A stretch of 64,000 nucleotides of DNA from Octopus vulgaris (Eukaryota): NCBI GenBank assembly GCA_951406725.2, contig OX597814.1, positions 161,634,001-161,698,000 on the forward strand. Direction: 5' to 3'. Position numbers and translations under genes: made by a program. The notes below the pieces were generated by a model, which was given only the letters and a program-made list of their open reading frames with translations, was not told the origin of the DNA and made no database searches. Below, piece after piece: positions 25,505-38,455 of the stretch; positions within the stretch are counted from its first letter, which is position 1; the number at the start of each line of letters is the position of its first letter.

Positions 25505-26280
25505 ATAAGCATGACCTTTGAACGTTGAGCCTCATAGAGGCAATGATAAGCAACTGAGACCTTTCGAGATATGCCATGCTTGAGAAGACCTGGCAAACCA
25601 AGTCAGATCGATACCTGTGTTACATAACTGGCCCATTTAAAAGCACCCTTCAATCGTTGGGTGATATGCTGTGCTTGTGAAGACCTGTTGAACCGAGTGA
25701 AATTGTAGTCATGGCTGATGCCAGTGCAGCCTGACTGGCACCTGTGCCAGTGGCACATAAAAAACACCTTTTGAGCATGGCTGATACCAGTGCCACCTAA
25801 ATGGCACCTATGCTGGTGGTATCTAAAAAGCACCGTTTGAGTATGACTGATGTCACTGCTGCCTCACTGGCACCCATGCTGGTGGCACGCAAAAGGCGCT
25901 ATTTGAGCATGGCCAATGTCACTTTCACCTGACTGATACCTGTGCAAGTGGCACATAAAAAGCACCATTTGAGTGTGGCGGGTGCCAGTGCCACCTGACT
26001 TGTACCCATGCTGCCTGACTGGCACCTGTGCTGGTGGCATGTAAAAAGCACCATTCGAATGTGACCAATGCCAGTGCTGCCTAACTAACTCCTGTGCTGG
26101 TGGCATGTACAAAGCACCCACTACACTCTTGGAGTAGGAAGGGCATCCACCTGTAGAAACCTTGCCAAACCAGATTGGAGCCTGGTGCAGCCTCCCGGTT
26201 TGCCAGTTCTCAGTCAAACCGTCCAACCCATGCCAGCATAGAAAGCAGACATTAAACAATGATGATGATGGTGATGATGA
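25505..26280 (+). mobile_element. Composite non-autonomous element: ~66-bp tandem array followed by RTE-type (GAT)n tail
   Basis: Units tggcac.taaaaagcacc.tttgag..tggc..atgccagtgc..cctgactggcacc..tgc.gg start near 25752, 25817, 25884, 25949, 26035 and 26101. Confidence 0.7.
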
Positions 26281-26979
26281 ATAAGTATTGAAGACTAGTC
26301 TCAAAAACACTGAGCCTTTCAAAAAAAATGAAAAAGGACTGAGATATGTAATACATTGCTGTACTCAAGAAGACCCATCTACTACAGCAGAATTGATATC
26401 CAAAAACCAAGGTGAAAAGCCACATAAAAAGTACCTAGTCCACTTTGTAAAGTGGTTGTCATTTGGAAGGGCAAGCAATTATGGAACCTGGTGCAGCCCC
26501 TGGCCTTGCCAGCTCCTGTCAAGCTGTCCAATTCATGCCAGCATGGGAAACGGATGTTAAATGATGATGATGATGATAAATAAGCATGCTTGTCAATTAA
26601 GAAGTTTGCTTCCCAAATCACATGGTTCTGAGTTCACTCCCATCGCATAGCATCTTGGGCAAAAGTTTTCTATTATTACTTAGGGCCAGCAAGAGCCTTG
26701 TGAGTAGATTTGATAGATGGAAACTGAAAGAAACCTGTCATATATGAATGTGTGAGAGTGTGTGTGTTTGTTTCTCCTTTTCTTGCCTTTATGTAAAGGC
26801 TGTAAATGGGTATCACTGTTATACAACTGATGTCATTCATTTCCAATGAAAACATGGCTGGCCATGGGGAAATATTACCTTGCTTGGAAACCAAAAACAT
26901 TTGGGCATAGGAAAGGCATCTGGCCATAGAAAATCTGCTTCAATGAATTTCATCTGACCCATGCAAGCATAGAAAAACT

Positions 26980-27132
26980 AGGAGTAGCTGTGTGGTAAGT
27001 AGCTTGCTTACCAACCACATGGTTCCAGGTTCAGTCCCACTGTGTGGCACCTTGGGCAAGTGTCTTCTACTATAGTCTTGGGCTTGGTAGACAGAAACTG
27101 AAAGAAACCCATCATATATATGTATATGTATG

Positions 27133-27216
<84 letters not shown>

Positions 27217-27440
27217 CGTGTTTATATGTTTGTGTGTCTGTGTTTGTCCCCCCAACATCGCTTGACAACCAATGTTGATGTGTTTACGTCCCCATAACTT
27301 AGCGGTTCGGCAAAAGAGACCGATATAATAAGTACTAGGCTTACAAAGAATAAGTCCTGGGGTCGAATTGCTCGACTAAAGGCGGTGCTCCAGCATGGCC
27401 ACCGTCAAATGACTGAAACAAGTAAAAGAGTAAAAGAGTA
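26980..27440 (+). mobile_element. SINE family B, near full-length young copy with (TA)n core
   Basis: A-box-like gtagctgtgtggtaag, B-box-like ggttcagtccc, ccttgggcaagtg, (TA)n ~27115-27212, (gtaaaaga)n tail; CpGs retained. Confidence 0.85.
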
Positions 27441-27859
27441 TTAAAATGGCAATGATGAAGATAACAACGATGATGATGAATGCCTAATGAGGCAGAATAA
27501 ATACCAGGAAGTGGAGAGGGAAGAATAATGCTGAATGCTACCTCTGAATGCTAATAAAGGTGTGGCTAATACATTGCTAATTTGTAAGTATTCTGATTCA
27601 TAATTACTGTCACAAAATGATCATTACAACTTGCAGAAATTTGTTTATGCCTTACGGAATGTTGGAAAAACAAATTATATTTAATTACAGTTTAAATTCT
27701 AAAACTTAACTGCTTACTTTTTTTTATTTACATATATATAGTCTTTTTTTTTTGCTAGTTTATATGGGTTTTTAATGAAATTTGTCAGTGGTTAGTTTAA
27801 AATTTGAATGTAAGTAAACTTTTATTCACAGCTGATACTCTTCGCCCAATACTCTGAGG

Positions 27860-28421
27860 CAGTGGTTCTCAACCATTTTTTGCCTACGGCCTCCTTTGAT
27901 TACTATTTCATTCTGGTGGACCCCCATAGCCATTCAATGTTTAACTCTTTAGTATTTAAACTGGTCATATTCAGTCAAAATATTCTGCCTGTTTTATGTT
28001 CAAACTGGCCATATCCAGCCCCTCTGGTCTACCCTACAATGTTACCCTAAAAATAAACAATCACATCATTGAAATCTCAAAGCCACAAGATAATGCATGA
28101 TTAATTCAAAACAATGTGAATAAATAAGCATTAAATTTGGCAGAATAATCTGAATGCTAAAGGGTTAAAGACTAGCTTCATAGATATTTTTTCAAAATTC
28201 CTATTTTGTTTTCCTCACATTAAAATGTATAGGTTGAAGTACATAAAATGTTAGAGAAAGAAATCTTGCTGTTTCTTGTAATAAATACATCCAAAGTAAG
28301 ATATTTTCATGGACCCTTAAAATACTAATTGTGGACCTCCAGTATACTATTTTGCTTGTGTGAGCCCCCAGTCTTACATGGACCCCCCAGAGATCATATA
28401 GACCCCAGCTGAGAACCACTG
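27860..28421. mobile_element. hAT/Charlie-like MITE
   Basis: TIR CAGTGGTTCTCA / TGAGAACCACTG; degenerate 8-bp TSD ctctgagg/ctctaaag. A related copy is at ~51825-52101. Confidence 0.7.
27945..28164. mobile_element. TTAA MITE nested in the hAT MITE
   Basis: ttaa|ctctttagtattta ... tgaatgctaaaggg|ttaa. Confidence 0.7.
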
Positions 28422-30590
28422 CTCTAAAGGCATACATTACTCTTTTATTTATAATAGTTATAATGCAATATGAAGTCAAAAGATTGATAGGATCCTACAA
28501 CTCTACTTAATGAAGAATAGTTGTTAGTATATTGAATAATGGGCACTTGTAATTCATTTCATTTAGCTAAGATAAAAATAAGGGTAACTTCATCCAAAGT
28601 CAAATTTCTTCTACGACACATCAATAAATGTCATCAGAAATTTTCTCATTTTGCAATACAAGTCACATTATCAGAAGTTCAAACAGCTCTGTGTAAATTA
28701 CTAAGTAGTTCAGAAAGTTCAGAAGGTAACCAGGGTAATAGAGAATTATATTTTTCTACTTTGTGTCTATTGTGAAAAGACATAAATATAAAACTTGATA
28801 ACACTCCAGCTTTTATTTTTCACATGGGACCTATATTTAAAAAAATTAAGTTAGTAGTTCATTTATATTTAGTGCCTACATGGAAAAATATTAAATTTAC
28901 AGCCTTCTCTTACAGCTTACACAAAATTACAGTAGGCAAAAATAATTTGTTTCAGTACAATTTTACTTAAGAAAAAGATGATGATTGAAAGTTGGCAATC
29001 AATAATGAGTTACTTCTCTGATATGTTGAGAATTGTAACATAAGATGTGTTTAGTTTAGTGAGGGAAGAAGAAATGAACAAAAGGAATCTAATGTAAGCT
29101 ATATATCATGGATTAAAAAAAAATGAACAATGTGCTTCATTCAGTTAGTAGAAATGAATACATACCAAAATTTGTAGTGTTCCTTGAAGTAAAACTCATT
29201 TATCTGCTTAACTTAACTCCTTCCAACAATTTCTTTGCAAATATTCAAATTTTTACAAGTAATGTTTCATGTAAGACAAAGTTTCATAAAAATAGAAAAC
29301 TCCTTCAACCACTTAGTAGATGCTCAACTATCTCCTGTCTCTATGAAATCGTCATCCTTGGTAATTCCAAAGCTCTGATGGCACTCATACATCTTTCACC
29401 AAAGCAGGGATGAAATCATTTATTATTCTGAACTGTCTACATTAGTTTGTATTCAAGTCTATCTGTACCCTTGACCAATACACTTCAAACATCCTTGACT
29501 TCCTTCTCTATTCCAATCTCAATTTTCTCCTAGTCGTCATTTTTCTGTCTCTATCCGATCATTTGGCTACATTCAGTCAAGGTAACTCACTTCACATCTT
29601 TCTTCTGTACAACAACCTAACAACACACACATGTGCATGTACACACATGCATGCATGCACGCACACACACACACACACCAGTCCAAATAACCAGTCAGAA
29701 TTGTATCAGTGGCATGCTAACTAAATCATGACAGCAAATGTGCTTCATCTATGACCGATCTGAAATACCTGTATGAATAATTAATACAATTTTCCTAGGC
29801 TTTTCTTTTCACATCACTCATACAATTAAATCTTAAAATCCCAAACCCCAAAATGGTTCAGCTGCAGCTACACAAGAAAAGAACACAATACCTTGAAAAA
29901 GTCTATTACCATTACTGAAAAGGAAGGATTTACTCACCAACATTATGTCTGTAAGACATGTCAGAAGAAAATTAATATACCTCTGTGAACTGCTCAAATA
30001 GAAAGTTCTTTTGTCTCTCAAATTGCTGCCAAGCTTTTATCTGATTTCATTGCAAAATAATTTGCACTAATTTAGTTATATCTTCCCACCCCTCAATCCT
30101 CAACCAATGTCATTCTGTGAGCAGTGTGGCTTTTTCTATAACATATCAAGTATTGTTTGCTTTGCTACAACAAAACATTTCCTAAACTCTGCTTTCTCAC
30201 CCATACCTGTTTTATTGCCAAGTATATGCAGTTGCCAAATGTGAAAACTCCATGCAATCCAACCCCAAAATGGTGACCAGTAAAGACAGTGCCTTCTCCA
30301 GCATTCTTAAACTCTTAGCTCTGTCTCTTTTTATGCAGCTTTTCCTCAGTTTGTGAATATACACAATGATGTGTCTCATTTCCAAGAGAAGCACCTTTTT
30401 GGCACTGTCATCTATTGATGTATCATATTTTATTTTGAATAGGATGGAAAGAATTACAACAACCAAATCCTTCATTACCTTGAAACACATACACAAATTC
30501 TTTCTCATTGATCACCATTATTGTTTCAGCAGTTTCAGATTTATAGAAATTTACCTCTTTTTGCCATTCATTGGTGGTATTTTGTCCTTG

Positions 30591-30785
30591 AAGGCGGCGA
30601 GCTGGCAGAAACATTAGCACGCTGGGCAAAATGCGTAGCCGTATTTTGTCTGCTGTTACGTTCTGAGTTCAAATTCCGCTGAGGTCGACTTTGCCTTTCA
30701 TCCTTTGCCTATAATCGACTTAATCCCTTTGTCTGTCCTTGTTTGTCCTCTCTGCGTTTAGCCCCTTGTGGGTAGTAAAGAAATA
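30591..30785 (+). mobile_element. Young family-A SINE with 15-bp TSD
   Basis: ggtattttgtccttg is duplicated at 30576-30590 and 30786-30800. Confidence 0.85.
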
Positions 30786-30799
30786 GGTATTTTGTCCTT

Positions 30800-31560
30800 G
30801 CAAACTTCAATGGAAGCAATGTTATTGCCCTTGACATCAGAAAATCCTTTTGACTATGTCTGACATGCGAAATGAAGTTGTATACTTGAAGGTGCCGCTT
30901 ACTGTTTTGTATTTTTAATCCAAAATTTACTTCCAGGCATCAAAATATGCACACATGTGTCACTCTCTGACTTACATCTTACCAACTCTGGTGCATCCAA
31001 GTTTTGGTTATGTCTCTCTTAATTAATGATCTGTTTTGATTAAATAAAAGCACATTCCTATGCAAATGAGACCAGCTTTCACTGTTTATCAATCTTTTGT
31101 TGATAAGCATCACCCAAACACAATCTAGACATCTCACCCTAGATATGCACTGCTTCCATGTGAGTTAAAATGTAATCTCTAGTGACAACATTACAATTTA
31201 GTATCTACTTCGATTACATATACCAATACAACAGCTTTGCCCTTTTCCTCCACAACTAAAACACACAATATCATTACAAATCCTAGCCTCACAATATTCA
31301 ATGAACTTTCATGAAGACTTCACATTGCTAATTTTGAAACTCCAAGGCAAGGCTTACTCTTCAGGATCCAGAAAATACTTTGGTTCTGATCAGCTACTGA
31401 CCCTTGAAAAAGCTGAAATAAGATTCATACTGAACTACAACTCAAAATTCTGGATAGTACAGCTGCTTCACTACAGCAATTACTGAATGTATTAAAAAGT
31501 GCTATTGCTAGGGGCATACCACTTCCACTCTCATTCACCCGATACAAATGCTTCTTTTCT
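30800..31560 (+). mobile_element. Highly decayed CR1/L2-group RT fragment
   Basis: Remnants of ALDI.K.FD.V.H (gcccttgacatcag..tttgactatgtctgacat) and YADD-like (tatgcaaatgagacc). Confidence 0.45.
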
Positions 31561-31646
31561 CAAGTGAACCTTAAAACCCAATATTAAACATGCAATGAAA
31601 GATGTCTACAAATTTGATTCTTAAATGGGAATCTAACAAAAGATAT

Positions 31647-31910
31647 TTCGTTTTTGGATTTGGTTTGCAAGATTCTTTATATGAGTTCGTGTGTTGAAGC
31701 ATATTCTGTTGTGTCTGGGGAGAGTCATTTTCTTTTTGTGCCTTATTATGTAACACACTCACCGGTAAAAGAGAGTCAAAACTATTGAAAAGGTTGCAAG
31801 ACGCAACAAAAATTTTAGGACAATAAAAATAGGGAAAAAGTGGAAATTTTACCAGTGAGTGTGTTACATAATAAGGCACAAAAAGAAAATGACTCTCCCC
31901 AGACACAACA
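31647..31910. mobile_element. Asymmetric fold-back insertion with perfect 13-bp TSD
   Basis: 64-bp inverted arms 31707-31770 / 31847-31910 (1 mismatch); 60-nt extension 31647-31706; TSD taacaaaagatat at 31634-31646 and 31911-31923. Confidence 0.85.
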
Positions 31911-32339
31911 TAACAAAAGATATGATTACACAGAATTTGTTTACTGAATGTTTTTTTGAACATTTCTGCTACAGTCAAATTTTACTGTGAGAAGAGTTTC
32001 TAACCCAAGGCAGTCCTGGTTTTGGTCATACTTAAAAATCTTAATTCACTCCAAATGCACATATCTCTTGAATATGTTTTCCATTCCACAAAACACAGTT
32101 TAACAATCACAACTTATAGATCAGGGATTCCTTTGTTTGTAAGGCATATTCTCTTTCAAAAAGTCAACTGATTACAGCCACTGATGAAAAATATTGTATC
32201 AAAGAATTCTGGTAAAATTACAACATTAAGTATCTGATAAAAATATTAAAGTCTTCTAAGAAGTTAAGCAGATATGTCTTGTTATTGGTTAGAAAAATGT
32301 TGTGTTAAAATGTACTTAAGAAATTTCATAGAATAGAGA

Positions 32340-32700
32340 TGAAACAAATTCAGTCAGTAATAGCCTTGTACAAATAGTGCAGAAATTGAGATTTGAAGAA
32401 GTTGACATATTTGACATTCAGGATTTATTATTACAAGCTGATAATGAAACCCTCATCTATGAAAAGCTAAAGGAGTCAACAAAACTTCATGCATCTTGTT
32501 GAGATTGTGAAGAAGAAAATGCTTCACAACTGATTTTAACAGCAGAGATTTTATCTAAAAGCCTTTGTGAAATAACTTGTGCTTTAGAGTGATTTTCAGA
32601 AAATGATCCAAATTTTGAACAAAGTATGCAAGTTAAAACATCTGAAATGGTAGGAGAGAATGGTTATAGAGAAAAATTAGAGTTTCATAGGAGAACAAGT
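32340..32700 (+). mobile_element. Possible decayed pogo/Tigger transposase C-terminal fragment
   Basis: Broken frames with DIQDLLLQADNETL..E.LKE and ENDPNFEQSMQV, resembling the acidic Tigger C-terminus. Confidence 0.3.
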
Positions 32701-32803
32701 CAACTATTGATGTCTATTTCATAAAAATAAAAATCTAGCAGAAATAGTAGTACCATATGATTTACTGTTTCATAATTTTTATAACTTGCATAATGTAAAG
32801 TAA

Positions 32804-32857
<54 letters not shown>

Positions 32858-33077
32858 TTGATTGAATTATAATTTTGTTCAAAGTAGTGTGTGTGCGTGT
32901 GTGTGTGTGTGAGTGTAAGTGTAGGTTTACTGTATTTTAAATAAATTTTTTTCCGATAATTAAAAGAACTTATCTACTTAAAAATTATATTTGACTATTT
33001 TACGTTCATCTGAAAATGAAGTTTCTGATAGAGAGATAAAAAAAAATGGAAGCTAATTTTGTTAAGCAAGGTATTGG

Positions 33078-33079
33078 TT

Positions 33080-33174
<95 letters not shown>

Positions 33175-33187
33175 AAGAGAGAGAGAG
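33078..33187 (+). repeat. (GT)n(GA)n microsatellite
   Basis: Direct. Other long SSRs: (TA)n 32806-32855, (GT)n 48732-48779, (CA)n 49556-49606 and 60664-60718, (ATT)n 43424-43471. Confidence 0.95.
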
Positions 33188-34989
33188 TGGTGTTAGAGAG
33201 AAGAAAAGAGTGGAACAGGGCAGGGAGGGAGAAAGAGATTTGTAGACATGCTAATTTCTAGTAACTTACTTGTTTAATAAGCATCTTTACATGATCAATA
33301 TTGCCATAGGATGCTGCTCTGTGAAGTGCTGTTCTCTGAAGAAGAAAAAGCAGAAGAAAAAAGAAAACAGAAACAATGAATTAAAAGAACATATATTCAG
33401 AGGCAGTATATATTTTCTTTACTGTATTGTAACACTTTTATATCAAAATGAATGAAATGAAAGTGGTAACCATTAACATTTTAATATCTCCGATCATCTT
33501 AGGTATATTTTAATAAAGCAACATAAGAACAAACAAATCTCTGAAATTACAATAAAGTGCATTTATACTTTGATACATTGGCATTTAGCCACTTCCATTA
33601 ATGGTATATAATATATAAACAATGTCGCCAGCACTAATAAAGTGTTTTCTTATTTCATATAACAGACTATATAATTGTAGAACCTGCATTTTTTTTTTAT
33701 TTTCAGTTTAACAAGGCAATAAATATTAATTTAATGAAAAAAATTATTGGTGGTTATTTTATGATAGAAATTTGTATATATTATCTCTGTACAAAGAATT
33801 TATGTTCTATTTCAACCAATATAGATATTTGATCTAGTTTGTTGATGGAGACTAGCAATAATATTATCACTTACTGGAACAAAACCAGAATTTATCAATC
33901 AATAACTTTAGTGTCGCTTAATTGGAATTCTCAGGGGAGCAACAGGCAATGTTCGTGAAGTAGAATTCTAACAAAAGGCAACAAGTCATTAAAAATTTAT
34001 AAAAATTTACAATATTTAAAAGGAAGCAAAAGAAAAAAAATAATTGACAAAAAAAAAAAAAAGATAACAGGCTTAGCAGTATTCCACTGATTGGATCATT
34101 TCAGTTATGCATTATGGATATTTGAGAAAGTTGACAAGTAATTGATCAGCTGCGGGAAATCAATATCTGAAGCAACAAATCAATTTAGGTAATTATTCAC
34201 AGCTAATAACTTCAGCGTTATAAATTAGGATAAGAAAAAAATAAGAAGCAGTTTTTCTGTTCTTCAGTCCTGTCCTAATATTGAGTGACCTAAGCAGATT
34301 ATATATAAACAAATATGTAATCCTTTGTAAGATGGTCAAAGCAGCAAAATTTGTTAACTTTCTAAGCATGTAAAAATTTTGTTGGTTTTTGGTGAAAAAT
34401 TTGTGAAGTTGAAAATAAAGGAAAAATATAAAATAAACATGGCTTTCGCTGGTTCATTATCATCAATTATTACAGCACCAAATCACAAGTATGAGAAAAA
34501 CTTTACAAAGGACTTCATCAAATTGATTGGGTTTACTCTCCTACATTTTTCATTCAATACACACACACACAAAAAAAGCTTTTTGGCTATATTTTTCAAA
34601 CTATTCATTCTATAACAGCAGCTAATAACAAATTTACTATTAAAGGGAAAAAAATAAAATAAAATAAAAACAACTCTCTTCACTCCATGACTGCACCTTT
34701 TGGCCACAATCCAAAATGTATGTCAGCTAAATTATGTGCTTCTGCTGTTTCAAAACTCGCCAATCCTAATACATTACTATTCTGTCAGTAATAGCTGTAC
34801 TTGCTCTTGTTTCCAACAGCATGTTATTTCATATTAACTATAACACAATAAACAATATACAACACCCGACTTTTCAACAGCAACATTAGATGTAATTTAG
34901 ATATGAATCTGCAGCTCATACAACTTAAGCCCATATTGTCTGGCAATATGTCATGCTTAATTTTTACAAGCATTCAATTTATTTTTTCT

Positions 34990-36370
34990 TTCTTTTCTTT
35001 TATTTGCTGAGTCTGGAGGAAGGGGCAGTGCCCATGATTTTTGCATGTCCTCCAAGTTCAGTATGCCTGATGTCATTAATATTCCTTTTAAACTATTACT
35101 TGTCAACAGCTACAGGGGAAAACATGAGCAAGAAGATTCCAAAGGGCCAATGCTCTGATCAGAAAGGATTCAACATAGAAGTTACTGTGGGATGAGAGGG
35201 GACATTGGACACAACAATGTTGACAAGAGGTGAAATGAAGAATGGGACAAGGAGTGCCTGAATGGTGGAAGTATGAATCCAACCAGCTCTGAGGAACAGA
35301 GGCCAATAGAGTTGTGATAGAAAAGATAAAGGAGATAATATAACTGTGTGTCAGAAGCTGATATGTGTCCATTAGTGATTGGTCAAGATGTATGTGTGCA
35401 TAGCAGTAGTAATATCACAGATGAGTGAGTAATATTTCATAGTGAAGGGTGTCAAATGCTGCTGGGAGTCAAAACATTTTCTGGTCCTGAAGAGAAGGCC
35501 AGTTTTTGGGATGTAGTCATAATTATGGTAAGCAAGGGCTTATGCCTGGAGAGAGATTCTTGGTGACAATGGGGCCTAGCATCTGGAGTGACCGTGAGGA
35601 TTCCAACTGAATGTTGCTAATGTTCAGTGGAGTTGTATGATATGACAGTATTTTCTTCATAGGAGTACTGTTTGAGCTTTTTTGTTGTGAAAAGAGAAGC
35701 AATGTAGGCATGACTCCACTGGAGGATGCTATCAAGGTCTTCATTTATAGAGTCAATGCAGTTGTCGCATGTAGTGTATCTAGATTGTAAATGGATGATG
35801 CATAGCTGGAAAAAGTTAGGAAGTAATGAAGAGTCATGTCATGTGTGTAAGAGTGGGCATTGCTGGAGTGGCAAGGAGGTCATTGGTGCATCAAGGGAAA
35901 AGTGTGGAGGAACAAAAACCAAAGCTTGAGGAGTTTACAGAGAGTAGGATAGAAAGACCTTCATCAACATATGCTATGATGACATGATTAGATAGAAAGC
36001 TACCAATCCAGGAGATGGGAGATGGGTGGATTCAACAGATGAAAAGTTTTGATAGCAGATTTGTATAAAAGATATGGTTGAAAGAGTTGCTGCTGTTTAG
36101 AGCAACAACATTGCTTTCATTGAACTTGTCTAAAGTGAGTTTATTGATGAGTGACTTATGAAAGTAGGTAACCAGTGAGTCTGGTTCTGTGGAAGCTATA
36201 CTAGTGGTCATTGTGGAGAAAAAGAGATTAAAGGCATTGCAAAATGTTATAATTAATAGCTGTCCTCTAGCCTTAGCAATGTTAAAGGTGAAAGCATTGG
36301 TAGTTTGCAGGGTCAGAAAGACTTCCTTTGTAATGGAATGACACACACAGGGGTGTGCTTCCAAATGTCA
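34990..36370 (-). mobile_element. Decayed CR1/L2-group LINE RT and 3' region
   Basis: Minus strand shows SLINKLTLDKFNESNVVALNSSNSFNHI (ALD.SKAFD.V-like) and a PQ...PTLF...NDL-like stretch. A related segment is on + at ~61945-62420. Confidence 0.55.
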
Positions 36371-36831
36371 AAATTATGTCCCTTACAGAGGGACTTGAAC
36401 CCAAGACATTCAAATGAAAAGCTTAATGTCTTATTGACTGAGCTATGTGGATGGACAAAACCAACTACTCTAATTGACAGCATTAGAGGATATTATTCAT
36501 CAATTCAGAATCAAATTCTCATTCTTTTAATCATTATTAGTCTGCGATTCATTAAGAAAGAACATTTAAGCCTTTAATCATTAACATTTATATATTAATA
36601 CATCATCATTAAAATGTGGTTTTCCCATTTATGTAACTGATATTACAACTGCTACTACCCATTTGAACATGTTTCCATCACTATTGAAATTGTTCCTTGT
36701 ATTTGTTTTTTTCAACTCATACACTTTCTTAGGTCTGTTATAAAACATACACAAGCTTTTCATTTCAAAACTGAAATATTTTTGTATTTACAAGTCAAAC
36801 ATTTCTATTAATTAATAACCTTATTTTAAAT

Positions 36832-37449
36832 GGTTTTTGTATCTGGTTTGCAAGACTCTTTATGTGAATTTGCATGTTGAAAAAAATATTGTTGTGTCTA
36901 GGGAGAGTCATAATGCCTATATAATTAACACATGCACTGGTTCAATTCCACTCCCTTATTATTAGCCAATTGGTTAAATATCTAATTAAATAATTGATCA
37001 TTTAATTTGTTTTGTTTTTGTTTGTCAAAGTTCTTTCATTGCTATTTGCAACCTTTTCAATGAATATTGACTTAGTCCATTATAGAGGCTGTGTTTGTCT
37101 GTTTGAGATTTTGTTGTGTGTGTGTGTGTGTGTGTGTGTGTGCATGCCAGCATGCGTATGTGTTTGTGTATGTATTCTGCATATTCATGTGTTCATGTGC
37201 ATGCTTGTGCATGTTTGTGTATGTATGTATGTATTCTGCATGTGTTTGTGTGCATTTGTTTGTGTGTGTATGTGTGTCACTGAAAAGGTTGCAAGTAACA
37301 ATGAAAGAGCTTTGACAAGCAAAAACAAAAATTAAACACTTGCTTAGTTAGTTGGATATTTAACCAATTGACTAATAACAAAGGAGTGGGATTGAACCAG
37401 TGTCTGTGTGTTAATAATATTGACATAATGACTCTCCCTAGACACAACA
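36832..37449. mobile_element. Older asymmetric fold-back insertion, same family as 31647-31910
   Basis: Diverged inverted arms 36890-37063 / 37277-37449 around a GT-rich spacer; 58-nt extension; 13/15 TSD aaccttattttaaat (36817-36831) / aaacttatcttaaat (37450-37464). Confidence 0.75.
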
Positions 37450-38455
37450 AAACTTATCTTAAATAAGATATGGAAAGCAATAAAGATTCCTACACTTCCA
37501 CCCAATTAGAGCTTACAGAGTTTACTTAATAAATAGCATTTGTCTCTCTGGATGAATATCAAATGTAGCCTTAGAAAGTAAATAGACCAAACAGATTTAT
37601 TCTTCATTATAACGCCTCAAACATTTTGAAATAAATAATGAACAGTTGACTTTTACCTCACACTTTATAATCCTCAGTGTAATATTTACTATGATACAAC
37701 AGAGAAGGTGATGAGATATTCTGAAGAAACAGAACAATAAAAGTAGAGTTTAAACTTCTCAGTAATACAAGGCAACATTTCTAGATACACAGCCTGACAT
37801 TAGATACCTTGTTATGATAAAATATTTTTTTATTAAAATATATTTTTTGAGGAAAATGAATAAAATGCTCACTGAAGTTCAAATAAACAATGTGAAAAAT
37901 TCCCTTCTAGTTCAATTTTATTGCATTATTTCTCAATATGCTCTGCTTGATATGTGCTGTTCTTTTCTATAAGTTGCCACACATGCAATAGTCCTACAAA
38001 TAAATTACCATATGAATGTGCATATAAGTATTGACAACTATATTGCCTTAACTCATAATTCAAATACATTTCAGTCAATGTAGTCAACAGTGAAAAGATA
38101 AAGATCACAAGACAGATTTACACTCTGCTACACATTATCACTTAGCACCTTACAGCTAGACTTCATCTGCTACTTCATACTATAGTATTAAAAAAAATTT
38201 AAACAATAGCTCAAAAGTCCACAACCGGACCCCAAACTGAACTGAATAAAATGTAAATACTATGTATGGTTAAATGTGATAGAAATCAACTATTATTAGT
38301 GTTATTTGATAAGTGATACGTATAATTAAATAATATGGATATAAAAGCTTTAAAAAAACTTTGTAGCCTTAGTGGAAGTATAATGTATTAATAGCAATAG
38401 AATGCACACATGCAGTATATTCATCCTTCAAAGTTTTCAATTCTCTCAACTTTAC

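Noticed and set aside
25700-26125. CRISPR-like array
   Set aside because: The units are contiguous diverged tandem repeats without unique spacers, in a eukaryotic context with no cas genes.
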